From contig JAUFOR010000002.1 in the NCBI GenBank assembly GCA_040285745.1, positions 1,488,001 to 1,552,000 on the forward strand: a stretch of DNA of 64,000 nucleotides. The letters are read 5' to 3'. Both the position numbers and the translations under genes were made by a program. Each line of letters starts with the position of its first letter. The first letter of the stretch is position 1. The notes below the pieces were generated by a model. It made no database searches. It saw nothing but the letters and a program-made list of their open reading frames with translations, and was not told the DNA's origin. This DNA is from Barthelona sp. PCE (Eukaryota). Below are positions 31,968 through 43,022 of the stretch, in pieces.

Positions 31968-33758
31968 ATGAATTCAACTCCTAAGGCACGGTCGCCTAAG
32001 CGTATAACTACCCCACGACAAAACAAGCTTGTAAGAACGAAGTTTGACAGTGATGCTTTTCTTATGCGTCAACAGACCGATATCGGTAAGCGAACAAACA
32101 AAGAGGAACATATAGTGGGGACTCCCAAGATGCGGTTCATTGCAGAAGGTTCACAGAAGATTATTGCAGAAAATGATAATCTCAAGAGTCCCTTCATTGA
32201 GAGACTTGATGATTATGTTAATAAGTATGAAGAAACCCGCCGCACACCACCTAAACCATCTCCTATGAAGTTGAGTCAGGTTCAGATTGAATCAATTACG
32301 CAACGTATGTATTCTGAGGCTGATAAGAGGGCAGTGCGCATTGGTAATTTAAAGAAGGAGCTGCAACAGCAGGTTTCTGAAGAAGCTTCACATCCGAAGA
32401 CAATGTCTAGCAGTAAGACATCTAATGAAATGCTGGTACGCCGAATTATTTCTATTATTCAAGCAATTCTCGAGGATAAGAGTATAGAAAACATTGAAAA
32501 GGGTCACCTGTCGGAGATCTTTGCGGAATTAGGGTTTTCAGAGAATGAAAATATCTTGAAAATCTTTTATGGAACAACTGTACGATTGATAAAAGAATTT
32601 ATTGATATCGAATGCATTCCAAGGAAAATATTCATTGCAATTGTGTTAACATGTCTGAGATTAGACGATGTTATGGATTTGGTTGAAGAATTCACTGATA
32701 TTGATGTACCTTTTGAGTATCTTGAAGTATATGATATTGTATCACTTTTTAAGAACGAACGTTGTTATTCTGTGCTCGTTAATCATTTCAACGTACAGTT
32801 TTTCTCAAAGTCAATTAAAAGATATCCAATTAAAAAAGAAGAAGATGAAGAATCTAAAGAAGTCAAGGTGTCTAACCCAGAACGGATCAATGGATGGCTT
32901 AAGAACAGAAGTGATTATCTTGAACAGATAAAGATCAAGCAGCAAGAGAAGGAGGAGAAAGAGTTAAAAGAATGCACAATGACCCCTCGCATCAGACCTT
33001 ACAAGAAGAAAAAAATAAGTTCTGTTGTCAAGGCTTCAATTAAAGATCCAAAATCACAAGCTCCATTGAAAAAGAGCAAGGATCCGTATGCAGACAAGCG
33101 TGCTGCATTGAGTGAACGATTCCCACATTTGTCTGATGAGATTGTGAATATGACGAGAGAAGAATTGAATGATTTGGACGGATGCACATTTACACCAAAG
33201 TATATGACGAAAAGGCGTAAGAAACCTTCTTCATTGTCTGCTAAACAGCGTCAGGATTTAGATAAAAGTACAAAGGCGTATTTGAAATTTAAAATTAGAG
33301 CTCAAAAGGAAAAGGAACGTGTGGAATCTATTCTTAACCCTAAATATGGGCATAAATCACATGAAATCACAGAAGTAGAAGGTTTTAAGGTTGGTGATAA
33401 AATGACAAAATCAATGCAGGCAAAGAGAAACGATGAGACACCGAGACGAAAGTTAGCTGCTGTAACATCCAGTTCAATGCAAACAAGGACACCTGTTAGG
33501 AACAACCATTCTGTTAAAAGTGCTACAAAGAAGAAAAAGAGACCTGTTGCAGTCCATCAAGATGAAGAAGTTGAGGTCCAACAAAGGGTTATTCTTATGA
33601 TAAATGTAGAGTTTGGTGGTGAACAAAAAACTCTTACTGTTTATGAAAACCAAACAGCTGCTGATGTGGCACGTCAGTTTTGCAAAGTCAATAATTTAGG
33701 GCAGGATAAATTCAAAATGTTACGTGATTTTGTTCAACAACATATGAAGAATATGTAA
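31968..33758 (+). CDS. Basic, low-complexity protein with CTxTP motifs; possibly microtubule/basal-body associated
   Basis: Long ORF with ELKECTMTPRI and LDGCTFTPK motifs and a small C-terminal domain (MINVEFGGEQKTLTVY...ARQFC). Start placed at MNSTPK. Confidence 0.6.
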   Translation: MNSTPKARSPKRITTPRQNKLVRTKFDSDAFLMRQQTDIGKRTNKEEHIVGTPKMRFIAEGSQKIIAENDNLKSPFIERLDDYVNKYEETRRTPPKPSPMKLSQVQIESITQRMYSEADKRAVRIGNLKKELQQQVSEEASHPKTMSSSKTSNEMLVRRIISIIQAILEDKSIENIEKGHLSEIFAELGFSENENILKIFYGTTVRLIKEFIDIECIPRKIFIAIVLTCLRLDDVMDLVEEFTDIDVPFEYLEVYDIVSLFKNERCYSVLVNHFNVQFFSKSIKRYPIKKEEDEESKEVKVSNPERINGWLKNRSDYLEQIKIKQQEKEEKELKECTMTPRIRPYKKKKISSVVKASIKDPKSQAPLKKSKDPYADKRAALSERFPHLSDEIVNMTREELNDLDGCTFTPKYMTKRRKKPSSLSAKQRQDLDKSTKAYLKFKIRAQKEKERVESILNPKYGHKSHEITEVEGFKVGDKMTKSMQAKRNDETPRRKLAAVTSSSMQTRTPVRNNHSVKSATKKKKRPVAVHQDEEVEVQQRVILMINVEFGGEQKTLTVYENQTAADVARQFCKVNNLGQDKFKMLRDFVQQHMKNM

Positions 33759-33795
33759 GCTAATGGAAAGTTGCCTCAATGAGTAAAACGTGAAT

Positions 33796-35826
33796 TTATT
33801 TATCTGTTGGTATTATTTCATTAACTGAAAACTCAAATTCTTCAAAGATTCTTTCAAAACTTATATTTTCAAGACTCACATTCGCTCCAAAATTATTTTT
33901 TTTCAATCCTGTAAATTCAACATGTCTAATCAAGAACCCTTCCTTTGAACTAACTTCGCTGTCAATGATATGTAGTGTCATATGTGATGTAAACATTTTC
34001 TTTCGGAAAGTATCTTTTAAACAATCCCTCTCACCCAAATACACTTCTTCAGAGATGATCCCACCCTGTACACTGTATAAGTACAGAGATGAAGCAAAAC
34101 AATTGAAAGAAATCCAACCGACAAAGGAAACTATCCTGGGCCCATCATATGTATTTAAAAAACCGTTTTCAATCATCAATAATCTTGAACTATGTTCAAA
34201 AAGCAGCAGAAGACATTTGTCGTCATAAGGAGATTTATGACAAGAGCGGATTCCAGGTAAAGTTTCATGTACTAATATACTATCACTTTCTTCATCGTAC
34301 AAAATAACCAAACCATGTGAACCGAACTGTGAGCAAAAACATACGTAGGTTTGCTCATCGGTGCAAAGTTTGTCTCTATATTCATCTTTATCTTCAAGAA
34401 TAAATTTTCCCCCTAATTCGATTGCTTTGTTCTCATCATTGAAGCACAAACGTTCATTTCTAAAGTAACAGCAGAATTCCTCAGTGTCTACACGTATTTC
34501 TGCATCAAAATTGTAAACAAAAGATTCAAATTCACCTTTATGCTTTGTTACAAATCCATGCTTGTCTCCTTTGGATAAATCGACTGATTCCCTAGTTTTT
34601 TCATCATGACTATCGTAAACTCCATTGTAAAAATCAACAATTACATAATTATTGGTTGGAAATACATTTAGCTGACTTGATTTATAAAGATGCGTAATGC
34701 TAAAGACTTTTTTTTCAACAAAATCGATAAATACTTCAGAATCAACCGTTTTGTAATGTATTTGATTGTTAATCACATCAAAATTTTCGATATTATAAAA
34801 ACAAACCGCTGAATTCTCAATATTGTTAAACTTGAAAAGACCAGATAATTCTTTTTGTCTTCCTAGAGCAAGCATTGGATGATATTTAAACTCTCCTCTC
34901 TTGATATCACTAAACATTTCTGGATCATTTTCTGATGAAATTGGAAAGAAGAGCATATCAAACCCATTACCAACTTGAACTTTTAATTCCAACTTTCCAT
35001 TAACGTACTTACAGTAATTTGAAACATCATCTCTAATGCAAAGCATAGTGAGTTCTGTTTTAGTAACTGTTAGTAGTACAAAATACTTAACACGTCTTGT
35101 TTCAACACTCTTAACTAAGTGACCTAAACTAATGTATTCAAGATATCTATTGACTAATACAAAAGAATTATGGGCGTAAATAGCACTAACTCCAAGGTTA
35201 GCTACACCTACTTGGGTAAAACCACTTCGGAAAGGCATTGTTGTTGTTGTTAATTTTGGAGTAATGAATTGAGCCCTAGTTGATTTTGACAAACAATAAG
35301 CAACGACACAAGAGTTCTCATCGTTGGTAGAGATCATTCCTTCACACAAAAATGTTAGCTTTTGCTCTCGAATATCATATGCAAAAGAACATGATGAATG
35401 CCCTTGTATTTCACAGAGTGCACTATGATCCCCAAAAAAGGTGTATATGATCACATCACGACTGAATACACAAACATTTGAGTCCATAAAAGAACGTGGT
35501 CCAACTACATGTGGAAGACTGTAATCAACAGTATCTATAACAGTGACATCAAAGTTCTGTTCAAGAGTATAAAAAGTTATGGAACCCGAAAGAGTGCTGC
35601 CGTTAAAATTGTTAAAAAATAGTGTACCATCAAAAGCTCTATGTAATGGAGCTAACTGTTCCCTTTCATGTGATAACTCCAGAAAACATACATCTTCGAT
35701 AACAGAGTTTTCATCAGTGTCTTCTAAAATAATAGATCTCACACTATTGATGTCTTTCTGAAGTCTAATAGGCTTTTCGATCCCATATGGAAATATCACA
35801 TTATCCCTTTGTACGCGTCGAGGCAT
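33796..35826 (-). CDS. Hypothetical beta-rich protein (676 aa), lineage-specific family
   Basis: Long AT-rich ORF; resembles the adjacent 674-aa ORF in length, N-terminus and C-terminus. Confidence 0.75.
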   Translation of the reverse strand: MPRRVQRDNVIFPYGIEKPIRLQKDINSVRSIILEDTDENSVIEDVCFLELSHEREQLAPLHRAFDGTLFFNNFNGSTLSGSITFYTLEQNFDVTVIDTVDYSLPHVVGPRSFMDSNVCVFSRDVIIYTFFGDHSALCEIQGHSSCSFAYDIREQKLTFLCEGMISTNDENSCVVAYCLSKSTRAQFITPKLTTTTMPFRSGFTQVGVANLGVSAIYAHNSFVLVNRYLEYISLGHLVKSVETRRVKYFVLLTVTKTELTMLCIRDDVSNYCKYVNGKLELKVQVGNGFDMLFFPISSENDPEMFSDIKRGEFKYHPMLALGRQKELSGLFKFNNIENSAVCFYNIENFDVINNQIHYKTVDSEVFIDFVEKKVFSITHLYKSSQLNVFPTNNYVIVDFYNGVYDSHDEKTRESVDLSKGDKHGFVTKHKGEFESFVYNFDAEIRVDTEEFCCYFRNERLCFNDENKAIELGGKFILEDKDEYRDKLCTDEQTYVCFCSQFGSHGLVILYDEESDSILVHETLPGIRSCHKSPYDDKCLLLLFEHSSRLLMIENGFLNTYDGPRIVSFVGWISFNCFASSLYLYSVQGGIISEEVYLGERDCLKDTFRKKMFTSHMTLHIIDSEVSSKEGFLIRHVEFTGLKKNNFGANVSLENISFERIFEEFEFSVNEIIPTDK

Positions 35827-36013
35827 TACTTAGCAATAAAAGCAAAAGATGGAAGAGTTGAATGAACATAAAACATCATTGTTGATCAAAACAAAAACAT
35901 ATTTGCATCCGTTGTACGGTATCCAAATACAATATTCTATTTCAACATCTTTAATACTATGATTTGAAGATGTTGTTTTTAATACTACTTCTTACGAACA
36001 GCATTGATTTTTA

Positions 36014-38038
36014 ATGCCACGCAGTGTGCTTCAAGTGGGACAAAATTGCTCTTTTGAACGCGACAATGACCACATCTTTATTTTTCAGGAGGATGAAGTT
36101 GAAAGTCGCAATATGACATGTCAATTGGTATTTAACCACGACTGTGGCATCTGCATCCCTGAAATAGATGTTGCAATCAATCAATCAGAGCTTGTAGACA
36201 TGTATTCAAAACCATTGAAAGATTTGCGTCTTAAAAACGCTCTTTTGGATCGTAATATTCTGTACCGTGTTTTTCAGAGGTTTCTTGAAGGAGGAAGAAA
36301 TCAGATTTTTGTTGAAGTGTTCAAAAAGGATTTAAATGAATTTGTTCGCATCGACTTTCACACATTTGAAATTGATCAAGGTGGGGTTCGCTTTGTACTA
36401 ATAGATGAACATAGGTGGATGTATACAGTGCACAAAGAGATATATTATCATGACAAAAAGCTGAAGTATCATCACGTTTTTGAGTACCCTCGAATGAGAA
36501 ATGTGGACAATGGACACATAAGTGTTGGTGAAATAACAGAATGTGTTGCTCAAGATGGTATGATATATCTCATTGGTAGAGAAATTGTTTTTACAAATGG
36601 TGGATATGATACTCTCCCTGATGTTCCAAGAATACAACATAAACTTATTATTCCATGTGATGGGGCACCGTACTTCGATGAAAATCATCCTCTTATGGGA
36701 AGAATTTTTTTTTGTGTGGACAGAACACCAGAAAATAGTTTTTTCATTTTTAGACGTAAGGATGGTAAGTTTTTACGTAGTTTTGTCGATGAAAATACCA
36801 GAGGGGCAATGTTTAGGGCACTGGATAAACCATTTCCATCAAAAATTAATTCATTATCATGTGTTTGTATTTTTAAAGAAATTTTTCATTTCGCAATGGA
36901 GAATATATTCTTTTTTTCTTCAAAAGATAATCAGGATTTGAGGGTTTTAGGAGATAGTTTGGGAGAAGATCTGTTATTTATTGATGAGAGTGTTTTTCTA
37001 TATCAAAATGGTGAATATCATGAGATATTAAGCATTAAAAAATTTAATTGTTTATTCTTTATTGAGAAAGAGCAAGAATTCTATAGTTCAAAAGGTAATA
37101 TTCCTTACATGTTACCTTCACATGTTTCAATTACTTTTTTTGATTTTTACTCAAAACAAATCACAGTTTTTTTAACGAATCCTCAGAAAGAGGATAAGTT
37201 AGAGAAAATTTTTGCATATCACGTTAAGGACAGTGGACAATGGAAGTTTGGTCATGCAATTATAAAAAATGAAATGTTTGAAATGTATCTCGACAAGAAG
37301 TTTGTTGAAGGAACTCTTCCAATTTTTTATAATGAAAGAAAGGAGATTGCTTCATTGTATTTTAACAGCCATCACTGCGTCACTTTCGATGGTTTTAATG
37401 ATCTACTTTATATCGACAAAGGAACATTGGAATTACCAAGGTATTCCAGTTTTTGTTTACAAAACAACCGATTGTGGACTGTTACAGTCAATAAGCTTGC
37501 TTTAAGATCACTTCAAAGAAACAAAAGCAACAGTAGCGCTTGTTTATGTGATGAAATTGAATTTGATGAAGGATATCTCAGTATTTTTCCTAATCCTTAT
37601 GACTGTGATGAAGTTATCATAACACATAACGATGTAGCTATGTTTTTTGTTTCATATGATACAAAACAGAAGCAGCTTGTAAGTGTACCAATGGATGAGG
37701 TGTGTAATTACGGAGAACAACCAGTTTTTTTGGGAACTGGTATTTTTGCATATAGTAACCATGTTTATGATGTTAGTGATCCCGAATATGTTGTAATGGA
37801 AGAAATTCCTGAATGCAAAGGTCCATATATTATGTATTCACCTGAACCAACTGTATTAGTACGTTTACCAAACAAACTGGATGATTTTGTGATATTAATG
37901 AGTGTTTTTGTAATTACAAACGGTATTTCAAATATTTCTATGGAAGAAAAAACAATTAGTTTGAAACAATTCTTTGAAACAGCCGAATTGGAAATTGTAT
38001 CAAATTTTGGAAGTATAGGTAACCGTGTGTTTTCCTAA
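36014..38038 (+). CDS. Hypothetical beta-rich protein (674 aa), probable paralog of 33796-35826
   Basis: MPR start, PYD motif at a similar position, ISLKQFFE C-terminus. Confidence 0.75.
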   Translation: MPRSVLQVGQNCSFERDNDHIFIFQEDEVESRNMTCQLVFNHDCGICIPEIDVAINQSELVDMYSKPLKDLRLKNALLDRNILYRVFQRFLEGGRNQIFVEVFKKDLNEFVRIDFHTFEIDQGGVRFVLIDEHRWMYTVHKEIYYHDKKLKYHHVFEYPRMRNVDNGHISVGEITECVAQDGMIYLIGREIVFTNGGYDTLPDVPRIQHKLIIPCDGAPYFDENHPLMGRIFFCVDRTPENSFFIFRRKDGKFLRSFVDENTRGAMFRALDKPFPSKINSLSCVCIFKEIFHFAMENIFFFSSKDNQDLRVLGDSLGEDLLFIDESVFLYQNGEYHEILSIKKFNCLFFIEKEQEFYSSKGNIPYMLPSHVSITFFDFYSKQITVFLTNPQKEDKLEKIFAYHVKDSGQWKFGHAIIKNEMFEMYLDKKFVEGTLPIFYNERKEIASLYFNSHHCVTFDGFNDLLYIDKGTLELPRYSSFCLQNNRLWTVTVNKLALRSLQRNKSNSSACLCDEIEFDEGYLSIFPNPYDCDEVIITHNDVAMFFVSYDTKQKQLVSVPMDEVCNYGEQPVFLGTGIFAYSNHVYDVSDPEYVVMEEIPECKGPYIMYSPEPTVLVRLPNKLDDFVILMSVFVITNGISNISMEEKTISLKQFFETAELEIVSNFGSIGNRVFS

Positions 38039-38224
38039 ACTTGGTTCACACAAGTTAACTCTTTACCTTAATGTTAATGATTCTGTTCACTTTGAGATTT
38101 AAAATAGGAAAGTCGAATATTTTTTGTATCGTTCAGGGGACAAGTTTTACAATGATACCACAGCTTCACCCAAATAAATAATAAACACGTGTTTAAAAAT
38201 TTTCAACCTTTTCACCCTTTTAAG

Positions 38225-39883
38225 ATGGTGCTAGTATGGCTAGCTATTCTTTTATTCAGTTCATTTATATCAATATTGCTGATTAGGTACTACCTAGATC
38301 AGCGTGGGGAACCAAAAAGCATTTGGGGAACTAGAACGTCATTATATTTGTTATTCATGTGTTCATGTGTGTGTCTCTTTATCTTTCCAATGGATTTGAA
38401 GAACGCAATTCATCATGAGGCTGTTGTATCAAAGGGAAGCATTAAAGGAGCACTTTTTTTCGTGTTTTGGTTTCAGATGATTTACACATTCGTTGTAGTA
38501 CCAATGCAACAAGAAATGAGCCGCGCAGGAGACTTTACTGTGAAGGGAAGATTCTTTACAAGTCTAAAAATCAATTCTATCTTTTATACAGTTGTAATTT
38601 TACTTGCAGGATTTGCTCTAGGTATTGTATCTGTTAAAAATGGCTGGTCTGCCAGTTATCTAGTCACATTTTGTGTTGCTCTGTCACAAGGATATGGATT
38701 ACTAATTGAGATATTGACTCTGGGTTACGGATCTATATATCTTCCAAGGACACTTTTCCGTTTAAGCAATGTGCACAAACAAAAAGATTATCTTGAGTAT
38801 GAAAGCTTACAGAAACATGAAAACTTAGAAATAGCACAGAATGCAATGAAGCTATTGTGTGAAGAATCTGTTGATATGTTTAATAAGTGTAGTCAATTTG
38901 AAGAATTCCGTCCAAAATTAGAAAAGATAAAGAACCTTATGTTGGATCAGTATTCGCTTCCTTTACGTTACAAATCTTTGGTAAAATGTTCTTCAGTAAG
39001 GCGTCGTCAACTATGCCCTATCACTGAAAAAGATCTAGTTAAGCTACATACAAAATTGATTGCTGCAGATAGTGTGTTGCGGAAGGCTACTGTGATCTGG
39101 AACATTTTACTAAAACGATATAGCAAATACAATGCGATAGTCAACGCGGAAGATGAGGAAACGACAGGGTTATTGACCGAAAGTGTTATTATCGAAATGC
39201 CTGATTGGAAATTGATGGTGTATAAGCGAATTATTCCTTTGTTTTATAAGGTTATCGCCGTTATTTGGTGTGTGCTTGTTGGATTCTTCATCTTTTGTAA
39301 TTGTATGTTTATTTTTAATGTGAAGCCATTACGGGGATTAAATCAAGCATTTCGCTATTCAGCAACTTTTAACACACTGTTCCTTACTGTAATATTCATC
39401 ACCTGCTCTTCCGCCTTCTTTAAACTTAAAATTTTAAAACTATATCACATCGTACCGCATTCGACTGATCCATTTTCTTTCTTGTATACTGCAGCATATG
39501 TGCTTCGTTTGGTCCTTCCCCTGAGCTGGAACTACGCCCTGTTATGTAGTGATTGGCGCGGTGATGATGAGAAAACAGTTTTCATGACTGTTATAGGAAC
39601 AATTGACTTAGCTCCTTTATTGGGCACAGGTTTTATGATTCTTTTGCCTGTAGGTATTCTGATAGTGAGCTTCTTTACATTAACTTCAAAGTCTAAGTTT
39701 TGGAGTGATGATGACGAGGCAATCAACAAAGATGAAATGCTGATGGGTCGATCGTTGATCCAATCATGTTTGATCGAGCATGACATTGGTGATAAATATA
39801 ACGATATGTTCACACAAAGTGTTAACGAGGGTGTATTAGTCTCACCAATTAGACCTATTTCAGTTCGAACTCCTCGTAAATAA
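38225..39883 (+). CDS. LMBR1-family membrane protein (LMBRD2-like)
   Basis: FPMDL, VVVPMQQE..RAGDFTVKGRF..SLKIN..FY, LGYG..YLPR, TD..S....A....R...PL..NY. Confidence 0.88.
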   Translation: MVLVWLAILLFSSFISILLIRYYLDQRGEPKSIWGTRTSLYLLFMCSCVCLFIFPMDLKNAIHHEAVVSKGSIKGALFFVFWFQMIYTFVVVPMQQEMSRAGDFTVKGRFFTSLKINSIFYTVVILLAGFALGIVSVKNGWSASYLVTFCVALSQGYGLLIEILTLGYGSIYLPRTLFRLSNVHKQKDYLEYESLQKHENLEIAQNAMKLLCEESVDMFNKCSQFEEFRPKLEKIKNLMLDQYSLPLRYKSLVKCSSVRRRQLCPITEKDLVKLHTKLIAADSVLRKATVIWNILLKRYSKYNAIVNAEDEETTGLLTESVIIEMPDWKLMVYKRIIPLFYKVIAVIWCVLVGFFIFCNCMFIFNVKPLRGLNQAFRYSATFNTLFLTVIFITCSSAFFKLKILKLYHIVPHSTDPFSFLYTAAYVLRLVLPLSWNYALLCSDWRGDDEKTVFMTVIGTIDLAPLLGTGFMILLPVGILIVSFFTLTSKSKFWSDDDEAINKDEMLMGRSLIQSCLIEHDIGDKYNDMFTQSVNEGVLVSPIRPISVRTPRK

Positions 39884-39898
39884 AATCTTTCCCTTTTC

Positions 39899-40957
39899 AT
39901 GACTCGTTTATTCACAGCCGATGATGTTTTAAGAGTAGTGGGCAATATTTTTGATTATTCATTCAGTAAGGAAGCATTATTTTGGAAATTGTGTCATACT
40001 TCTTCACAAACACGATCTGCTACATTGAGCCACGTTGGAAACAATAACGCAAGGTTGAGGAGTATCATTACAGCAAAGAATTTGGATGTTTTGGCCCTTC
40101 TGCTATCTGATTCCGCAGTTATTGGTGAGTATCAGGAACTTAGGAGGACAATGCTTGAATTAATCGACTTCATCAACCATGAAATTCCTGAAGAAGTGGC
40201 ATATACGTCATTATGTGAATGTTGCAAACGGGGTTTAGATTTTTCAAAAAATTCTGTCCTTCCGCTTATATTTCCGCTGTTGCATGACATAGATGGCATT
40301 TATGTTGATGATTTCTTCCAGTTGAAACACTGTATATCGGCAAATCTGAGGGAAATTTTTATCGGAAAAGGTATTGATAGCTTTCTAGTACTACATCACC
40401 AGTCAACTCTTGAGGCTTTACATATCAATGACTTAGACGGATGTCTATTTCAGCTACTTCACACACTACCGTATTTGAACAATCTGCGAGTATTGAGCTT
40501 GAATAACTGCAAAATTGATGATGAAAGTCTGGAACTCTTAATCAAAACACTGAAATCGACAAAGAGGAGTGTTCCCCTGGAACTGTTCCTCGATGATAAC
40601 GAGTTCACACTTCTTCCAGCATGCATCAGAGAATTGGAACTGGATACGTTATCTATATCGAATTGCAAAGTGAGTGAGATGCCCACCACACTTAATAGCT
40701 CTAAACTCTTTATTGATGGAACAAATATAGAACTCACCGAAATACAACAAACATATGTTAATACTGAGATAATCGGTATAACAGTTGATGTAACTGATAA
40801 AGATCACTTCAATGAACTTGATAACATCATCTGCACTGCGTTTCCAAATGCAAAACATTTATATATAATGGGCAGCAACGGTAATTCTAATCAATATCTT
40901 CAAAAAAATTCAAACCATTTTATGAAAAATGGTTGTCTGTTACATATTTTTCAATAG
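39899..40957 (+). CDS. Leucine-rich repeat protein
   Basis: LRVLSLNNCKI, LFLDDNEFTLLP, LSISNCKVSEMP. Confidence 0.7.
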   Translation: MTRLFTADDVLRVVGNIFDYSFSKEALFWKLCHTSSQTRSATLSHVGNNNARLRSIITAKNLDVLALLLSDSAVIGEYQELRRTMLELIDFINHEIPEEVAYTSLCECCKRGLDFSKNSVLPLIFPLLHDIDGIYVDDFFQLKHCISANLREIFIGKGIDSFLVLHHQSTLEALHINDLDGCLFQLLHTLPYLNNLRVLSLNNCKIDDESLELLIKTLKSTKRSVPLELFLDDNEFTLLPACIRELELDTLSISNCKVSEMPTTLNSSKLFIDGTNIELTEIQQTYVNTEIIGITVDVTDKDHFNELDNIICTAFPNAKHLYIMGSNGNSNQYLQKNSNHFMKNGCLLHIFQ

Positions 40958-40961
40958 CTCA

Positions 40962-42005
40962 TCAATTATCCTCAGTTTCATCTTTAGGTGAAGTAATATC
41001 AACCATTTCTGCAGCGTTCTTTTCAATTTCATCAATAAGCATTCTTCTTTCTCGCTCAATCAGATCATCATTGGGCAGTTCAATCTCATTGAATGTAGTA
41101 ATTAACTTCTCATAATTCCTAGCCAAAACTTTCTTAACTGCGAGAGGTTTTTCTGGATTTGCAATAAAACATTTAAATATATCAAAGCTTAATAATTGAA
41201 TTCTCTTTGATTTCGAAATTAAATTCATCATAATCAATTTTAAATTATGAATATCTTTGGAAAATAATTTCATAACTTGAATATTCTTCTTTTGCAACAA
41301 AAACTTTGAAAGTAATTCAAGAATTTGCAGCTTAATAACAAAATTATCACTGTTCAACAGTTTCCTAATGCATTTAATCCATGTATACTCACGATCAGAA
41401 TCGTAATTTGAAAAAACCCATTCACAAATAACCTTCCTATGATTCATGTGAAGACACTTAAGTGTCTCAAACGAATCACTACTACGATCGAATTCAGAAG
41501 TAAGGACAGAATCGAATATGATCCAAACAGCTTCACAATTTAAAACTAAACGAAGCATACTTTCTAATCGAATAGATTCACGTAACATACTTCCATAGAT
41601 CAGAAAATCATTTCCACAAGAACCTGCAATGAGAATGTTGACGATGTTCAAATGTTGAGCACAATACTCCACAAAAACTTCACGATTACCCATTGAATGA
41701 GATATGAGATTGTTAAATATCATACTAAGACATTTTTTCCCTTCAAAGCTAATACAGTGAAGGAATTCAAGCATCTTAAGCGTCAAATCATTCTCCAAAA
41801 AATAAATGGCAATATCGTGTACTTTATCGTGGTCAATATCCTTATCTGTTGTGCCATACAACCATTCCTTGATGTACGTTGCGTGCTTCAAAACATTTTC
41901 TTGTCCCTTATCGTTGGTGTGAGGGTTAGAAGATTGAGAAAGTTCATCAATGCATTCTTCGAGTAAACGGCAACGATCAGTGGGTGAACGTGAAAAAATT
42001 GGCAT
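40962..42005 (-). CDS. CAB39: MO25/CAB39 scaffold protein
   Basis: FEGKK...IFNNL, YGSMLRESIR, FDRSSDSFET, LLNSDNFV, FDIFKCFIANPEKP. Confidence 0.92.
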   Translation of the reverse strand: MPIFSRSPTDRCRLLEECIDELSQSSNPHTNDKGQENVLKHATYIKEWLYGTTDKDIDHDKVHDIAIYFLENDLTLKMLEFLHCISFEGKKCLSMIFNNLISHSMGNREVFVEYCAQHLNIVNILIAGSCGNDFLIYGSMLRESIRLESMLRLVLNCEAVWIIFDSVLTSEFDRSSDSFETLKCLHMNHRKVICEWVFSNYDSDREYTWIKCIRKLLNSDNFVIKLQILELLSKFLLQKKNIQVMKLFSKDIHNLKLIMMNLISKSKRIQLLSFDIFKCFIANPEKPLAVKKVLARNYEKLITTFNEIELPNDDLIERERRMLIDEIEKNAAEMVDITSPKDETEDN

Positions 42006-42251
42006 GTTTTCAAAAGCAAGTTAAGCCGAAAAAAAGGTTTGATTTCCAAAACGAAACTTATGTTCAAAATTCATTGTTATAATATGTTTGAACCTCCAAC
42101 GAGGTTTTTCAGCTCTTTAAGCACGCCCGCGGTACCTGAAATACACATATCTATAAGAACATCATATTTATCATACCCTGCTCTCTATTTCCCGTTTTCT
42201 ATCAACTTTTATTAAATGACAAATAACAAATAATCACAGAGTGAGGACAGA

Positions 42252-42920
42252 CTATAACTCCTCCAAGAAATCAAACCATTGAGAACAATCACGATGCGTA
42301 AAACCAATAAATTCTACTTTTTCTTCACCAACAAGGATTTGGAAACCATCCTGACCAACACGACGAATACTGTTCTCTGGGAGGCTCATATCATATGAAG
42401 CAATGGGAGAGTCTGTTGGGTCACGAAGAATATGAACGGTCTTTCCAATAACTACCACGTAATGTCTGTTTCCGTCAATTTGCAACCAGCCCTGCTTACT
42501 TACGGGCTTGCCCTTGGTGAAAGGATCAACAACTGTGGCCCTAAAGTCAGTTGGAATGGTATCAACAAATTCAAGCTTATACTCCACAGATCCCTGAAGG
42601 TTTTCACCTCTGAATTTGGGAATTGCGTTGAATTTAAGTTCAGGTGCGTGATCTTCAAAGATCTTAATACAGAAAGCACCCAAATGATCATCACTGGTAA
42701 AAAGATCACGATCCCAGAGCACAATGTTCAGAACCTGATCTCTGCCTTCTTGGACCTCGAAGTAAAACTCAGCATTGAATTCGGGATTAAGCGTATTGGA
42801 AATGTGAGCAGTTTTGTATCCAATATCGTTAACAGCTGCAATGAGCCAAGGATCTGCGAGCCCATTCATATCCGATGGAGTCAAATCACGTGCTTTTGAT
42901 ATGGTAACCTTAAGAATCAT
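42252..42920 (-). CDS. C2 domain plus PH-like domain protein
   Basis: ARDLTPSDMNGLADP...TLNPEFN...WDRDLFTSDDHLG (Ca2+-binding C2). KQGWL...W PH-like C-terminus. Confidence 0.85.
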   Translation of the reverse strand: MILKVTISKARDLTPSDMNGLADPWLIAAVNDIGYKTAHISNTLNPEFNAEFYFEVQEGRDQVLNIVLWDRDLFTSDDHLGAFCIKIFEDHAPELKFNAIPKFRGENLQGSVEYKLEFVDTIPTDFRATVVDPFTKGKPVSKQGWLQIDGNRHYVVVIGKTVHILRDPTDSPIASYDMSLPENSIRRVGQDGFQILVGEEKVEFIGFTHRDCSQWFDFLEEL

Positions 42921-43022
42921 TATGAAAAAGGAATGAATATTGAAATCATTGTGAACTGAAACTATTCACTCTTCTTTGTCTGGATATTCCGGTTAATCTG
43001 ATCCTTTGGCATGTAAAAATGG

